From the NCBI GenBank assembly GCA_965203905.1, contig CBDBDQ010000005.1, forward strand, positions 608,001 through 672,000: DNA of 64,000 nucleotides, in the 5' to 3' direction. The first letter of the stretch is position 1, and each line of letters opens with the position of its first letter. Of this stretch, positions 1 through 9,453 are shown piece by piece. The stretch is from Spirochaetia bacterium. GTDB lineage: Bacteria; Spirochaetota; Spirochaetia; SZUA-6; Bin103. A model generated the notes under the pieces. The model worked only from the letters and a program-made list of their open reading frames with translations, had not been told where the DNA came from and did not search any database. The translations under genes and the position numbers were made by a program.

Positions 1-1285
1 GGTCGAGCACCACTTCGCCGTTCCACAGGATCGTACCGCTCTCCAGCGGCGCCAGTCCCAGGAGCGCCTTGAGCAGCGTCGTCTTGCCGGCGCCCACCCG
101 GCCGGTGACCGCTACCAGCTCACCCGCGCGGAGGGTAAAGTCGACAGCTCCGGGGGGTGCGGACGGATCAGCCCGATGACTCACCCGTAGGTTGCTGAGT
201 CGTAGTTCCTGCAACGGCTCCAGACCCGACACCGGGACGCCCCGGCGAGCGGGCCGTGCCGAGCTGCTGGGGCCTGCCGCTGCATCGCCCGCTCGGTCAC
301 GGACCACCCCAAGTGGACGGGCGGTCTCGCTCCAGTGGCCACGGGGCCTTGCGCCACTCAACGCGCCGATCCTGCGCCACGAGACCCGTGCCTGCCGGTA
401 TTGCAGCAGCAAGCCGCCGAACTCCGCGGAGAACTCCCCCAGGAAGGTGAGGTAGTAGGCGAACAGCGCGAAGTCTCCGACCGTGAAGTCCCCGGTGCGC
501 ATCGCCGCGGCGGCAACGGCGAGAACCAGCCCGCTGCCGATGGTCGAGGTGGCCGCGAACGCCGACCGGATCGAGCGCTCCAGCAACTGGTCCCGGATCG
601 CCCACCGGGCACGCTCCGCGTCGAGCCGCGCCAGCCGCCCGGCGGCGGACCCCTGCGCGCCGCCGAGCTGGATCGTCTGCCACGCCGACAGGACGTTGAC
701 CATGAAGCCGGTGGCATCCGCAGCGGCCTGCCGGGATCGGGTTCGTGCTCGGTCGACCCGGCGCCGGGCGAGCTGACTCACCACCAGGACCAGCGCAAGC
801 GGAGCGACGGCGACCGCGGTGATCAACGGATCGATCCGCGCCATTACAAACAGCGCAATCGCGGTGAAGATCACGATGCTGATCTGGTCGACCGCGGTCG
901 CCACCAGAGCCGCCAGCACCGGCGGGTCATCGCGCGCGGTAGCCAGCGCGGCGCCGATCGAGGGCTGCGCCGCAACCGGCTTCCGGTGCAGGAGCGCCTC
1001 CAGGATGCCTCGGCGCAGAGCATTTGCAACGTGGAACCGCAGGCGAGCGCTCGCCACTGCCGTAGCCATGATGATCCCCGCAAACCCGGCGGCGAACACC
1101 AGAAGCAGCAGCACCCAGCGTCCGGCCTGGCCAAATGCCTGCTGCTCCAGGGCGTCGAAGAAGCGTTTGACGATCAGCCCGGGAGCGAGTTCGGCCAGAG
1201 ACTGTGCCAGCCACAGAGCCAGACTCAGGGCCACGACGCCGGGGCGGGCGCGGACGAATCCCCGAAAATAGGCAAGGACGCTCAC
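1..1285 (-). CDS. ABC exporter, fused permease + ATPase (runs off left edge)
   Basis: Translated by hand: GTG start overlapping upstream stop (GTGA 1282-1285), hydrophobic TM segments, Walker A VTGRVGAGKTTLL near 70-110. Confidence 0.85.
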   Translation of the reverse strand, partial: MSVLAYFRGFVRARPGVVALSLALWLAQSLAELAPGLIVKRFFDALEQQAFGQAGRWVLLLLVFAAGFAGIIMATAVASARLRFHVANALRRGILEALLHRKPVAAQPSIGAALATARDDPPVLAALVATAVDQISIVIFTAIALFVMARIDPLITAVAVAPLALVLVVSQLARRRVDRARTRSRQAAADATGFMVNVLSAWQTIQLGGAQGSAAGRLARLDAERARWAIRDQLLERSIRSAFAATSTIGSGLVLAVAAAAMRTGDFTVGDFALFAYYLTFLGEFSAEFGGLLLQYRQARVSWRRIGALSGARPRGHWSETARPLGVVRDRAGDAAAGPSSSARPARRGVPVSGLEPLQELRLSNLRVSHRADPSAPPGAVDFTLRAGELVAVTGRVGAGKTTLLKALLGLAPLESGTILWNGEVVLD

Positions 1286-3027
1286 GCCATCTCTCCCCGC
1301 GCGAGGAACGCGGCTACGCGGCTCTCGCGGGCAGCTTCCAGTCGGGACCGTGGGATACGCTCGACGATGGCGCCGCGCTCCAGCAGCGCAACGCTGTCCA
1401 CCAGGTCGAGCGTCGAGCGCCGGTGGGCGATCACCAGGCCGGTGCGGCCGCGCAGGAGCTGCGCCAGGGCACCGCGTACCAGCGCCTCGGTGGCCGGGTC
1501 GATGCGCGCCGCCGGCTCGTCCAGGATCACCAGGCTCGGCTCGCGCAACAGGATGCGGGCGATCGCCACGAGCTGCCGCTCGCCGGAGGACAGCTCGCGG
1601 CCACCGGGCCCTATGACCGTGTCGACGCCGTCCCCCAAGCCCCGCAACCAGGTACCGGCCGCCAGGCGCTGGAAGGCGCCCGCCACCGCCGCTCCCGACA
1701 CCGAGTCGTCGAACAGGGCAACGTTGTCGCGCAGGCTCCCCGGCACGATCTCGGTCTCCTGCGGCAGCATCGCTACTCGTTCCCGCAGGTGCCCGCTGCC
1801 GAGATCGCCCACCGCCACCTCGCCGAGGCGTACGCTTCCCTCCTGCAACTCGGTCATCCGGACCAGCAGGCGGGCGATGGTCGACTTCCCGCCGCCGGTG
1901 CTGCCCACCAGTCCCAGCACCGTCCCCGCCGCCAGCTTGAAGCTGGCCTCCCGCAGCACCGGGGCACCCGCAACGTAGGAAAAGCGTACGCGGTCGAACT
2001 CGACCGAGCAGGGACCTGCCGGCAGGCGAGCGGCGCCGTGGAGTGCGGCGTTTACCTCCGACAGCAGTTGGTCGATGCGGGTCAGGGCGGCCTGTGCCTG
2101 CTGGAGCTGCTGCATCTCCGTGCGCAGCGCGGACAGCGGCCCCCGGATCAGCTCGCTGTAGCGATACACCAGCCACACGGTGCCGAGGGTCAGCAACCCG
2201 GCCCGATGCAGCCCCGCCGCGACGCTCAGCCCCACCGCCATCCCGCCGATGAACAGCAGCGTGTTGACCAGGGACAGCGCGTGGCCGGCCACCTCGGCCG
2301 CGACCTCGCGCGGCAGCCACCGCGCCAGCACCCGCTCGAAGCTGGCACGGAGATAGCGCTGTCCGGCCAGCGGCCGCAGCTCTTCCACGGCCTGGAGCCA
2401 CTCGCTCAGCCGCCCGAAGAAGGCAGCGCTCGCCGCCCGGCTGCGGGCGAAGCGCGGCACGCCCCAGGCACGGACGCGGTCCACCACCACCGCACCCACC
2501 ACCGCGAACGCCGCCACCGCGACCCCGACGCGCCAGTCCTCAAGCAGCAGCACCACCACGATGCCGCCCGTCATCAGCAGGTTGGCGGCCAGCTCCGGCA
2601 GCAGGTCCGACAGCAGACGGCCCAACCTGGCAACGTCGCCGTCGATGCGCTCCAGGAGGGTGCCCGGAGTGGACCGCGCGAAGAACGAATGCCCGAGATC
2701 GACGGTATGGCGAAACAGCATGCGCCGCAGGCTGTTCATCGCCTGCCAGGCCAGCACGGCGCCGGCGTGGGAACGCACGATCTCCAGCCCCGAGCCGGCC
2801 AGGGCGACCCCGATGAACAGCGCCGCCACGCCCACCAGCCGCTCGACCGCGGCACCGGCCTGCGCCAGATCGAGGAACGCCCGCACCACCAGCGGGCTAG
2901 CCACCTGCAGGCCCGCCCCGGCGACCAGCGCGGCGACCACCACCGCGACCCACCCGCGCCGCCCCCGCGTGTGGCCACGGACGAGGGTTACATACTGCGC
3001 AAAGCCGGCGCCGGAGGACCGTCGCAT
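1282..3027 (-). CDS. ABC exporter, fused permease + ATPase
   Basis: TM N-terminus, GSTGGGKST, LSSGERQ, ILDEP, IAHR. Confidence 0.92.
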   Translation of the reverse strand: MRRSSGAGFAQYVTLVRGHTRGRRGWVAVVVAALVAGAGLQVASPLVVRAFLDLAQAGAAVERLVGVAALFIGVALAGSGLEIVRSHAGAVLAWQAMNSLRRMLFRHTVDLGHSFFARSTPGTLLERIDGDVARLGRLLSDLLPELAANLLMTGGIVVVLLLEDWRVGVAVAAFAVVGAVVVDRVRAWGVPRFARSRAASAAFFGRLSEWLQAVEELRPLAGQRYLRASFERVLARWLPREVAAEVAGHALSLVNTLLFIGGMAVGLSVAAGLHRAGLLTLGTVWLVYRYSELIRGPLSALRTEMQQLQQAQAALTRIDQLLSEVNAALHGAARLPAGPCSVEFDRVRFSYVAGAPVLREASFKLAAGTVLGLVGSTGGGKSTIARLLVRMTELQEGSVRLGEVAVGDLGSGHLRERVAMLPQETEIVPGSLRDNVALFDDSVSGAAVAGAFQRLAAGTWLRGLGDGVDTVIGPGGRELSSGERQLVAIARILLREPSLVILDEPAARIDPATEALVRGALAQLLRGRTGLVIAHRRSTLDLVDSVALLERGAIVERIPRSRLEAARESRVAAFLARGEMA

Positions 3028-3060
3028 GCCCCAACCAATGGGGTGGCGCGGTTTACCCGG

Positions 3061-3525
3061 TCAACGTGCGTGTCCAAGTCGCTCATGCAGCTCCCGCAGA
3101 GCTGCCCGGTTGGACTGCCAATGCAGACGCTCCGTGCAGTCCACGAAAGAGAGCCACTCGGCCCGCGTGTGTTCCGGCGACAACCTGATCGGCAGACGCT
3201 CGGCATTTACGGCGAAGCAGTACTCGGGAATCTCAGTGAGGTTCGGTGGCCAGTAGCGTCGCGCACGAAAATGGTGCGCCGGAACGGACGCAACCGTCTG
3301 CAACTCAAGATACTCGGTGTCCTGCGGGATTCCTGCTTCCTCTTCGGCTTCCCGCCGTGCAGCTTGGTGCTTGCTCTCGCCTCTGCTACCGCCGCCTGCA
3401 ATGAACTGCCACACGCTCGAATCTGCACGTAGGAATACCGCGTATTCGATACGCGTCGCAATTCGGCGATATGGGATAACGAGAACCTGAAACGGCATCC
3501 TGTCGCGATCGCCGAGATCTCCCAT
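3061..3525 (-). CDS. NUDIX hydrolase
   Basis: PFQVLV...WQFIAGGGSRGESKHQAARREAEEEAGI Nudix box; start trimmed from the 308-aa ORF. Confidence 0.85.
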   Translation of the reverse strand: MGDLGDRDRMPFQVLVIPYRRIATRIEYAVFLRADSSVWQFIAGGGSRGESKHQAARREAEEEAGIPQDTEYLELQTVASVPAHHFRARRYWPPNLTEIPEYCFAVNAERLPIRLSPEHTRAEWLSFVDCTERLHWQSNRAALRELHERLGHAR

Positions 3526-3606
3526 CCGTCGCCCATTACCGAGTATGGCGGCGCGACCGGCGCTTACGCAATTGAGCCGGCAATCCGAGATCGCTAACCT
3601 GTCCTG

Positions 3607-4350
3607 GTGCGGCGCTGGCGCAGTCCTGAAGAGCTGGCGGAGATCGGCCTTTCGCGGAGCCGCGTGCTGATGGTGAACGAGGCGCATGACCACCTGAGGC
3701 GCTGCATCCGCACGCGGCGCGTCGGCGCCAGAATGATCGAGCCGGCGCATGCGGCAGGGACGCGGCATCTGGCCGTGGAGGCATTCACTCTCCAATTTGC
3801 CGCGACCGCGAACCGCGACCGGCGCCTCGGATCTGGCGATGGCTACCTGGCGCAGCCCGAACTGCGCGATCTGATGACGGCGGCGCTGGAGTTCGGCTGG
3901 TCGCTCATCGCATACGAAGCCGACGTGCCGCTGGGAGATCCCCACTTGATGCCCACCGCGAACCAGCGGCAAACCCAGCAAGCCCACAACTTGGCTGCCG
4001 CCTTCGGGCGTCTGTCCGCCGGCGCCAAGCTCATGGTCTGGTGCGGCTGGTCACATCACTTCAAACGATCTCTCCGACTGCCTGACGGCAAGGTCGAGTT
4101 CATGGGATCGCGGTTCCGGCGCGCGGCCGGGGTGACGCCGTTCTGTATCGACCAATGCCTTACCGTTCGTCTCAACGCAGCGCACCGCCACGAGCCAGCG
4201 CTGGTCAAGCGCCATCGCCGTGCGCTGGAGCGCCTTGGCGGTACGGCCGGGTTCCTGGTCGGGTTCGGTGGCGTCCGGTTGAAGCGGATGCCCTGGGCGG
4301 GACGCGGGGTGGACGCGGTCATCCTCTCGCTCCACAACGAGATGCAGTGA
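3607..4350 (+). CDS. hypothetical protein, possible ChaN/EreA/Tiki-like metalloenzyme fold
   Basis: VLMVNEAH, LAVEA, R..QAHNL, VWCGWSH motif pattern. Confidence 0.6.
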   Translation: MRRWRSPEELAEIGLSRSRVLMVNEAHDHLRRCIRTRRVGARMIEPAHAAGTRHLAVEAFTLQFAATANRDRRLGSGDGYLAQPELRDLMTAALEFGWSLIAYEADVPLGDPHLMPTANQRQTQQAHNLAAAFGRLSAGAKLMVWCGWSHHFKRSLRLPDGKVEFMGSRFRRAAGVTPFCIDQCLTVRLNAAHRHEPALVKRHRRALERLGGTAGFLVGFGGVRLKRMPWAGRGVDAVILSLHNEMQ

Positions 4351-4525
4351 CAGCCGGGACGTTCCCACACGGCTCTCGAGAACGTGGGTTTCTTTCGCCA
4401 ACTCCCACAGCGGATGATCCTGTTCGGCGAGGTCCACGGGACCAACGAAGCTCCCGAGCTGGTCAGCGCCGTGACCTGCGAGCTTTGCCAAGGGAGGAGC
4501 CTCGGTGCTGCTCGCACTGGATGGC
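4347..4525 (+). pseudogene. truncated N-terminus of EreA/ChaN-like protein
   Basis: ILFGEVHGTNEAPELV motif, frameshifted and cut by intron remnant. Confidence 0.5.
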
Positions 4526-4534
4526 GCGCTCAGT

Positions 4535-4951
4535 CGGCTTGGTCGTAAGCCGGTCGCCAAAAGGGTCAACAGGACCTTGGCGCGCATCGACGATGTGCTG
4601 CGCAGGCGCTGGTACCACGACATCTGGGAGGTCGGGAGATGGCCGGGGGCGGGTCTGTGAAGGCTGGCTCAACTACTTTGCCGTCCCGGGGTCGAGCCGG
4701 TTCATCCGTGCGTTCCACCGCAGGCTGCAACCTGTGTGGATGCGGGCGCTACGGCGGCGGTCCCCAGCGCGCGCGTTCAGTTGGAGGCGGCTGGCCCGCA
4801 TGGCCGAAATCCTGTGGCCACGCGCGTCCATCCGCCACCCATGGCCGGACCCGCGGTTTGCCGTCAATCACCCGAGGTAGGAGCCGGATGGTTGAACGAC
4901 GACGTCCGGATCTGAGCGGGGGTGCACAGCAATGAGCATTCCTACCGCAAC
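4535..4951 (+). mobile_element. 5'-truncated group II intron (maturase domain X remnant + DV/DVI)
   Basis: GWLNYFAVPG...W.R.LRRRS...W..L....P...IRHPWP tail, then GAGCCGGATG...CGTCCGGATCT (DV) and GGGGGTGCACAGCAATGAGCATTCCTACCGCAAC (DVI). Confidence 0.88.
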
Positions 4952-4990
4952 TGACGGGCGGGGCTCGGTAACGACCCCGCCTACTCGGGC
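4952..4990 (+). mobile_element. isolated group II intron DVI-like hairpin
   Basis: GGCGGGG-CTCG-GTAA-CGA-CCCCGCC-TACTCG stem with bulged-A context. Confidence 0.55.
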
Positions 4991-5084
4991 AGCGAACCCT
5001 GCCGCTTGAGGAACCGTGTGCGTCAATCGCGCTCGCGCGGTTCTGTGGGGGCCTGGGGTGGGTAACCGTCCTGGGTTACCGGAC
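4991..5084 (+). mobile_element. group II intron 3' end (ORF tail ANPAA*, DV, DVI)
   Basis: GAGGAACCGTGTGCG...CGGTTC (DV) and GGGGCCTGGGGTGGGTAACCGTCCTGGGTTACCGGAC (DVI); same family as 21860-21941. Confidence 0.82.
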
Positions 5085-5223
5085 ACCCCGGCGCGCACCG
5101 ATCCTCGCTGTCCATGCTGAATCTCTGCACAATTATTGTAAAGCATGGATTTACGTTCCCACGCATTCTACAATCGATCGGTCCATTCGCGAAATGGCGA
5201 ATTCTTTATTAGTTACGAGACTG

Positions 5224-5421
5224 TTACGCGAATTCGTGAATCTGACAGATCGATTTCCATCTCATTGCTCTACGATGGTGGCTGTCTTCATCAATTTGTT
5301 TTAGAGAGAGGATCTACTAACGTTGGTTCTATAGTATGCCGAGGTGACGGGTCTATCGCGAATTCGCGAACTTCAGAGTACACACTATAGTAATTACGCG
5401 AATTCGCGAATTCATGACAGA
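5224..5421. repeat. three copies of palindrome CGCGAATTCG(C/T)G in an AT-rich island
   Basis: 5227-5238, 5357-5368, 5397-5408. Confidence 0.8.
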
Positions 5422-5499
5422 AACTTCGGTGATTAGGCGAAGATTTTGGGGCGGATTCCAGCTTGACGTCGCTGCGTCCAGTCGGGCATGGTGCAACCT

Positions 5500-5731
5500 G
5501 TGAGTGCCGAGGCAGCCGCCATAGTTGGCGTCGGCGTGGCCCTGCTCGCCGTGCTCGTGCCGCTGATCCTGACCCTGCGTGGCCGTGTAGTAGCTACGCC
5601 GCGACCTGCACGCCCTGGCGGAGCGCGTTGCCCGCATCGAGGGTGCGCTGACCGGCCTGTGGCGGCCCACCAACGGCTCGCCTGGATCGGTGGAGCCCCA
5701 GGGCGGCTCCCCGGAGAGCACCGGCGAGTGA
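5500..5731 (+). pseudogene. small membrane-anchored coiled-coil protein, frameshifted
   Basis: TM segment AIVGVGVALLAVLVPLIL, then LRRDLHALAERVARIEGALTG...* in another frame. Confidence 0.55.
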
Positions 5732-5744
5732 CCCGCCACTTCCG
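5650..5744 (+). repeat. imperfect direct repeat, copy 1 (copy 2 at 6881-6971)
   Basis: GACCGGCC..GGCG.CCCACCAACGGCTCGCCTG...AGTGACCCGCCACTTCCG shared. Confidence 0.85.
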
Positions 5745-6834
5745 CCGCCGGAGCACACACAGAAAGCGCGCCCGATTCCTCGGATCGCTATTGCTCGCGG
5801 CAGTCGTACTGCTGCTTTCCTGCGAACAAGGGCCCGGAACACAGGGGCCGAAGGGTGACCCAGGCGACACCGGGGCGACCGGACAGCAAGGACCTCAGGG
5901 GCCGAAAGGCGAACCCGGCGAGATGGGGCCGCAGGGCGAAACCGGCCCGCAGGGGCCGAAAGGTGACCCCGGCGACCCGTTGAACTGGGCCGATGTGCTG
6001 TCCGAAAGCGGAATATCCGACGCCATCTACAGCGTTGGTGTGACCCTGGCTTCGAGTACCTCCCGCTACAACTATGTTGTCGGCTCCGCTTTTGCTGCGT
6101 ATTACTCAACCGGCGTCTGGACGAATGCCCATGTAGCTATGTTGATACGCTACTTGGAAGAGGAAGTATCAGGCTGGACCGTAACGCCGTTTGTGGCGAA
6201 GTCAGGAACCCTTATAGGGGGCCCGGATACTTACACGCAAAGGTATCAGATCTTACACCCATACTATGACGGAACAACAGCGTCACCCGATATCGCCTTC
6301 ATCGGGATCGATGAATCTCTTCCGCAGTTAGCCGAGCTTCTGCCTCGCCGCTTCGTCACTGAGCTACAAGTAGGACAGCCAATTGCTTCGATCGGTTTCC
6401 CCGGCGAAACGACTTCCAGACACACCCGTTACGTAATATCAACTTTCAAGGAAGGCACCATTAGTGCACTCCGACCGTACCTGCTATCGACGCAGCCAAG
6501 TCCAGAGAACAACAGAATCCTACAACACAATCTGGACACGACAGGAGGCGTGAGCGGTAGCGCGATCTTCGACGCTAACGGGTGGGTTGTAGGAGTCGCC
6601 CATGCGGCCGCGGGCGAGTGGGTTACAGGCGCGAATGGCGAGCCGGTGCTTATCAGGACAGGAGCAATCGGATTAGCCATCAGAATTGACGAAGTGTGGA
6701 CCGCGATTGACCTTTGGGAGCAACAACGCTCCGCGACCGGAAGCTACCCAACACGACGAACAGCGCCGCCCACTAACGGTACCACCCGACCAGTTACCAT
6801 GCCTTCCCAAAGCCTGGAAACGGCAAAACAATAA
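5728..6834 (+). CDS. lipoprotein with collagen-like repeat and trypsin-like serine protease domain
   Basis: lipobox LLLSC, about 16 Gly-X-Y triplets, TNAHV / DIA / TGGVSGS catalytic motifs; GTG start overlaps upstream TGA. Confidence 0.85.
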   Translation: MTRHFRRRSTHRKRARFLGSLLLAAVVLLLSCEQGPGTQGPKGDPGDTGATGQQGPQGPKGEPGEMGPQGETGPQGPKGDPGDPLNWADVLSESGISDAIYSVGVTLASSTSRYNYVVGSAFAAYYSTGVWTNAHVAMLIRYLEEEVSGWTVTPFVAKSGTLIGGPDTYTQRYQILHPYYDGTTASPDIAFIGIDESLPQLAELLPRRFVTELQVGQPIASIGFPGETTSRHTRYVISTFKEGTISALRPYLLSTQPSPENNRILQHNLDTTGGVSGSAIFDANGWVVGVAHAAAGEWVTGANGEPVLIRTGAIGLAIRIDEVWTAIDLWEQQRSATGSYPTRRTAPPTNGTTRPVTMPSQSLETAKQ

Positions 6835-6880
6835 GCGTCGGACACCCACCTTTCCGGGCGCGCCACCGTACGGTGGTGAG

Positions 6881-6971
6881 GACCGGCCCTGGCGTCCCAC
6901 CAACGGCTCGCCTGCAGTGGCACCCAAGGGCGGCATCCCGGAAGCCACCGCCAAGTGACCCGCCACTTCCG
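6881..6971 (+). repeat. imperfect direct repeat, copy 2
   Basis: matches 5650-5744. Confidence 0.85.
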
Positions 6972-7129
6972 GTAAGACTGCTTCTTTCGCCCGGAGCGTC
7001 GTGTAGTTCACCCCCCGCCGGATTGGTCGTCGGTCGTCGAAACAGGGCGCTTGGGGCGCTTGGTACGGAACGGACAGCATCACGGGTGCCGCCAACTATC
7101 CCTTCGGGCCTGCTTGTCGTCCGGGCGTC

Positions 7130-7640
7130 GAGTTGCTGCCTCGCCAGTTCGGACAAGGAGGTCAGGCGTAGATCGGGGTAACCAGGCCGACGCTCGCCTG
7201 CTCTGCGATGGTGCGCACCCGAACCATCACGGCCTGAGCGGCATGTCGCGCGTCCGGATGCTTCCGCTCAATCAATCTGCGGACGCTGGTCACCAACCGG
7301 CCGTACGACTACGCCGTGGTTCTCACCGGGCGCCGCCACGCTCGCCGCAAGGCCGACCTGCTCAGCACCGAGCCGAAGCCGATGGCCGCGTACTTCCCTC
7401 CCGATGAACTGTATCTCGTCCGGGTCAGCTTCCGCGGCGGTTCCACATGGCACTGCCCCGGCCGCCGACCCTGCGGCATCTACGACTTGCCGGCCATCAG
7501 CGACCAGCATCCCCTGAACCGGGTCAACCAGTTGCCGCCGAAGGAGCGGAGAGCCCGCGGCTTCGATTCCGAAATCGTGTTGCCGCGCGCTACTCCGTCG
7601 CCACCGGCGCATCGCCATCCTTCCGCCGGCGGGGAGTGAT
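7130..7640 (+). pseudogene. degraded gene fragment, possibly dual-OB-fold protein
   Basis: CLASSDK-like start and YDLPAISD segment spread over several frames. Confidence 0.25.
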
Positions 7641-7686
7641 TGGCACCGCGGAGAGGCTGGCGGAGGCCGCGGAGCGCATGAAGGCT

Positions 7687-9432
7687 CTACGCCGTCCGTG
7701 GGGTGTCCACGTGGACGGTCACGATTTCGGTGTCGTGGTACTGCTCGTGGCGCACCGATGACGCGAGGTGGCGCAGGAGGCGCAGGGAGATCTCCCGCTC
7801 ATCCGGAACCTCGGCCGAGCTGGCGTCGACCAGGGCCAGTCGATCCTGGAGGTTGTCATGGCCGGTGGAGGCGATGAACTCCAGCACCGCCCCGCCGTCT
7901 TCCTTGCGCGCGACCAGGAGCAGGCGCCGAGCCTCGCCCCCCGCATCCTCCTGTGCCACCAGCGATGCCAGCGTCTCCTCGCCCGCCGCCTCCAGGCGTT
8001 GCGTCATCGCCGCGTCCCAGCCGTTGCGCTGCGCGAAGGTGTCGAGGAAGCGGGTGATCTGCGGCAGGTTGGAGAGATCCGCCTCGACCTCCAGCCGGCG
8101 GCGGCGCGGTGCGGTCAACTCCATGAACAACGTCATCAGAATCGCCACCAGGCCGCCGGCCGTCATGCCGTTCTGCAGCAGGCCGCCGGCGAACTCGGCG
8201 AAGTACTCGGGAAAGATCACGCCGTTCTGGAACCCCACCCCGGCCCAGAAGGAGACCCCGACCACCAGGCCCTTGCGATAGTCGATTCCATCCTGAATCA
8301 CCATCTTCATTCCGGTCACGAAGAGCATGGCCAGGAGTACCGTGACGTAGGCCGCCGCTACCGGGGGCGGAATCGCCAGCACCACGGCGAGCGCCTTGGG
8401 CAGGAACGCCAGTGCCACGAAGATGACGCCGATGGCGATCCCGACGCCGCGCGCGCCGACGCCCGTAAGCTCGGTTACCGCGATGCTGGTGGAATAAGTG
8501 GTGTTCGGTACGGTGCCGGCGAGGCCCGAGAGCAGGTTGCCGGTGCCGTCGGCGGCCACCGCACCCTGCACGGCGCGGAAGTCCACCGCCCGCGGCCGGC
8601 GCCACGAGACGCGCTGGATCGCCACGCCGTCGCCGATCGTCTCGATGGCGCCGACCAGGGTCACGAACACGAATGCCGGCAGCAACGCCCAGAACACCGG
8701 CCCGAAGCCGAGGTCGAAGCCGGGCCACGCGGTGTTCGGGATGCCTACCCACCCCGCCTGCGCGACCGATTGCATGTCGTAGAGGCCGAATGCCCCGGCC
8801 ACCACCGAGCCGGCGACGACGCCGATGACCGGGGCCCAGAGACGCAGGGGGCCGGCCGCCTTCAGGGCGATGCCGGTGATGATCAGCACGGTCGCCACGG
8901 CGCTCACCGGTGCGGACAGCGGCGGCGCACCCTCCGGCACCTGGGTCAGCATGTCGAACACGATCGGCATCACCGTGACCGCGATCAGCATGATCACCGT
9001 TCCCGCCACCGTGGGCGTGAGGATCCTGCGCAGCAGGGACAGGCGTGCCGCGAGCACGAACTGGAACAACGACGAGATGACCACCAGGGTGGCGAGCATC
9101 GCCGGGCCGCCCTTGGCGAGAGCGGCCACGCACACCGCTATGAATGCCCCCGAGGTACCCATCAGCAGCACGTAGCCGGCGCCGATGCGGCCCACCCGGA
9201 CCGCTTGCAGCACGGTCGTGGTGCCGCTGACCGCGACCGCCGCAAACACCGCCCACGACAGGTAGGTCTCGCTGCCGCCGGCGGCGGTCACCACGATCGC
9301 CGGCGTCAGCACCACCCCGGCGATGCACAGAATCGTAAACTGCAGGCCGAGGCCGAAGGTCAACAGCTTCGGCGGCTTGTCGTTCGGTTCGTAGCGGACG
9401 CCGGTGCGGCGGGCGGAATCGTCGGTCTGCAT
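7687..9432 (-). CDS. NCS2 (xanthine/uracil) permease with C-terminal RsbW-like HATPase domain
   Basis: ETIGD, GAVAADG, PNTTYSTS NCS2 motifs; ~135-aa soluble C-terminal extension. Confidence 0.85.
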   Translation of the reverse strand: MQTDDSARRTGVRYEPNDKPPKLLTFGLGLQFTILCIAGVVLTPAIVVTAAGGSETYLSWAVFAAVAVSGTTTVLQAVRVGRIGAGYVLLMGTSGAFIAVCVAALAKGGPAMLATLVVISSLFQFVLAARLSLLRRILTPTVAGTVIMLIAVTVMPIVFDMLTQVPEGAPPLSAPVSAVATVLIITGIALKAAGPLRLWAPVIGVVAGSVVAGAFGLYDMQSVAQAGWVGIPNTAWPGFDLGFGPVFWALLPAFVFVTLVGAIETIGDGVAIQRVSWRRPRAVDFRAVQGAVAADGTGNLLSGLAGTVPNTTYSTSIAVTELTGVGARGVGIAIGVIFVALAFLPKALAVVLAIPPPVAAAYVTVLLAMLFVTGMKMVIQDGIDYRKGLVVGVSFWAGVGFQNGVIFPEYFAEFAGGLLQNGMTAGGLVAILMTLFMELTAPRRRRLEVEADLSNLPQITRFLDTFAQRNGWDAAMTQRLEAAGEETLASLVAQEDAGGEARRLLLVARKEDGGAVLEFIASTGHDNLQDRLALVDASSAEVPDEREISLRLLRHLASSVRHEQYHDTEIVTVHVDTPRTA

Positions 9433-9453
9433 GAGGTCTCCCAGTTCTGGCTC

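Noticed and set aside
335-3432. Long plus-strand ORFs (547 aa, 742 aa) and similar ones at 7768-9534, 27540-29339, 50024-51850, 54431-56530
   Set aside because: Antisense shadows of real high-GC genes
4535-5084. DGR, retron or active intron
   Set aside because: No RT catalytic domain (YADD), TR/VR pair or msr-msd; only intron 3' remnants
5488-5727. N-terminal part of the 448-aa ORF as real protease sequence
   Set aside because: It is a frameshifted small gene; the protease signal peptide starts after GTG 5728
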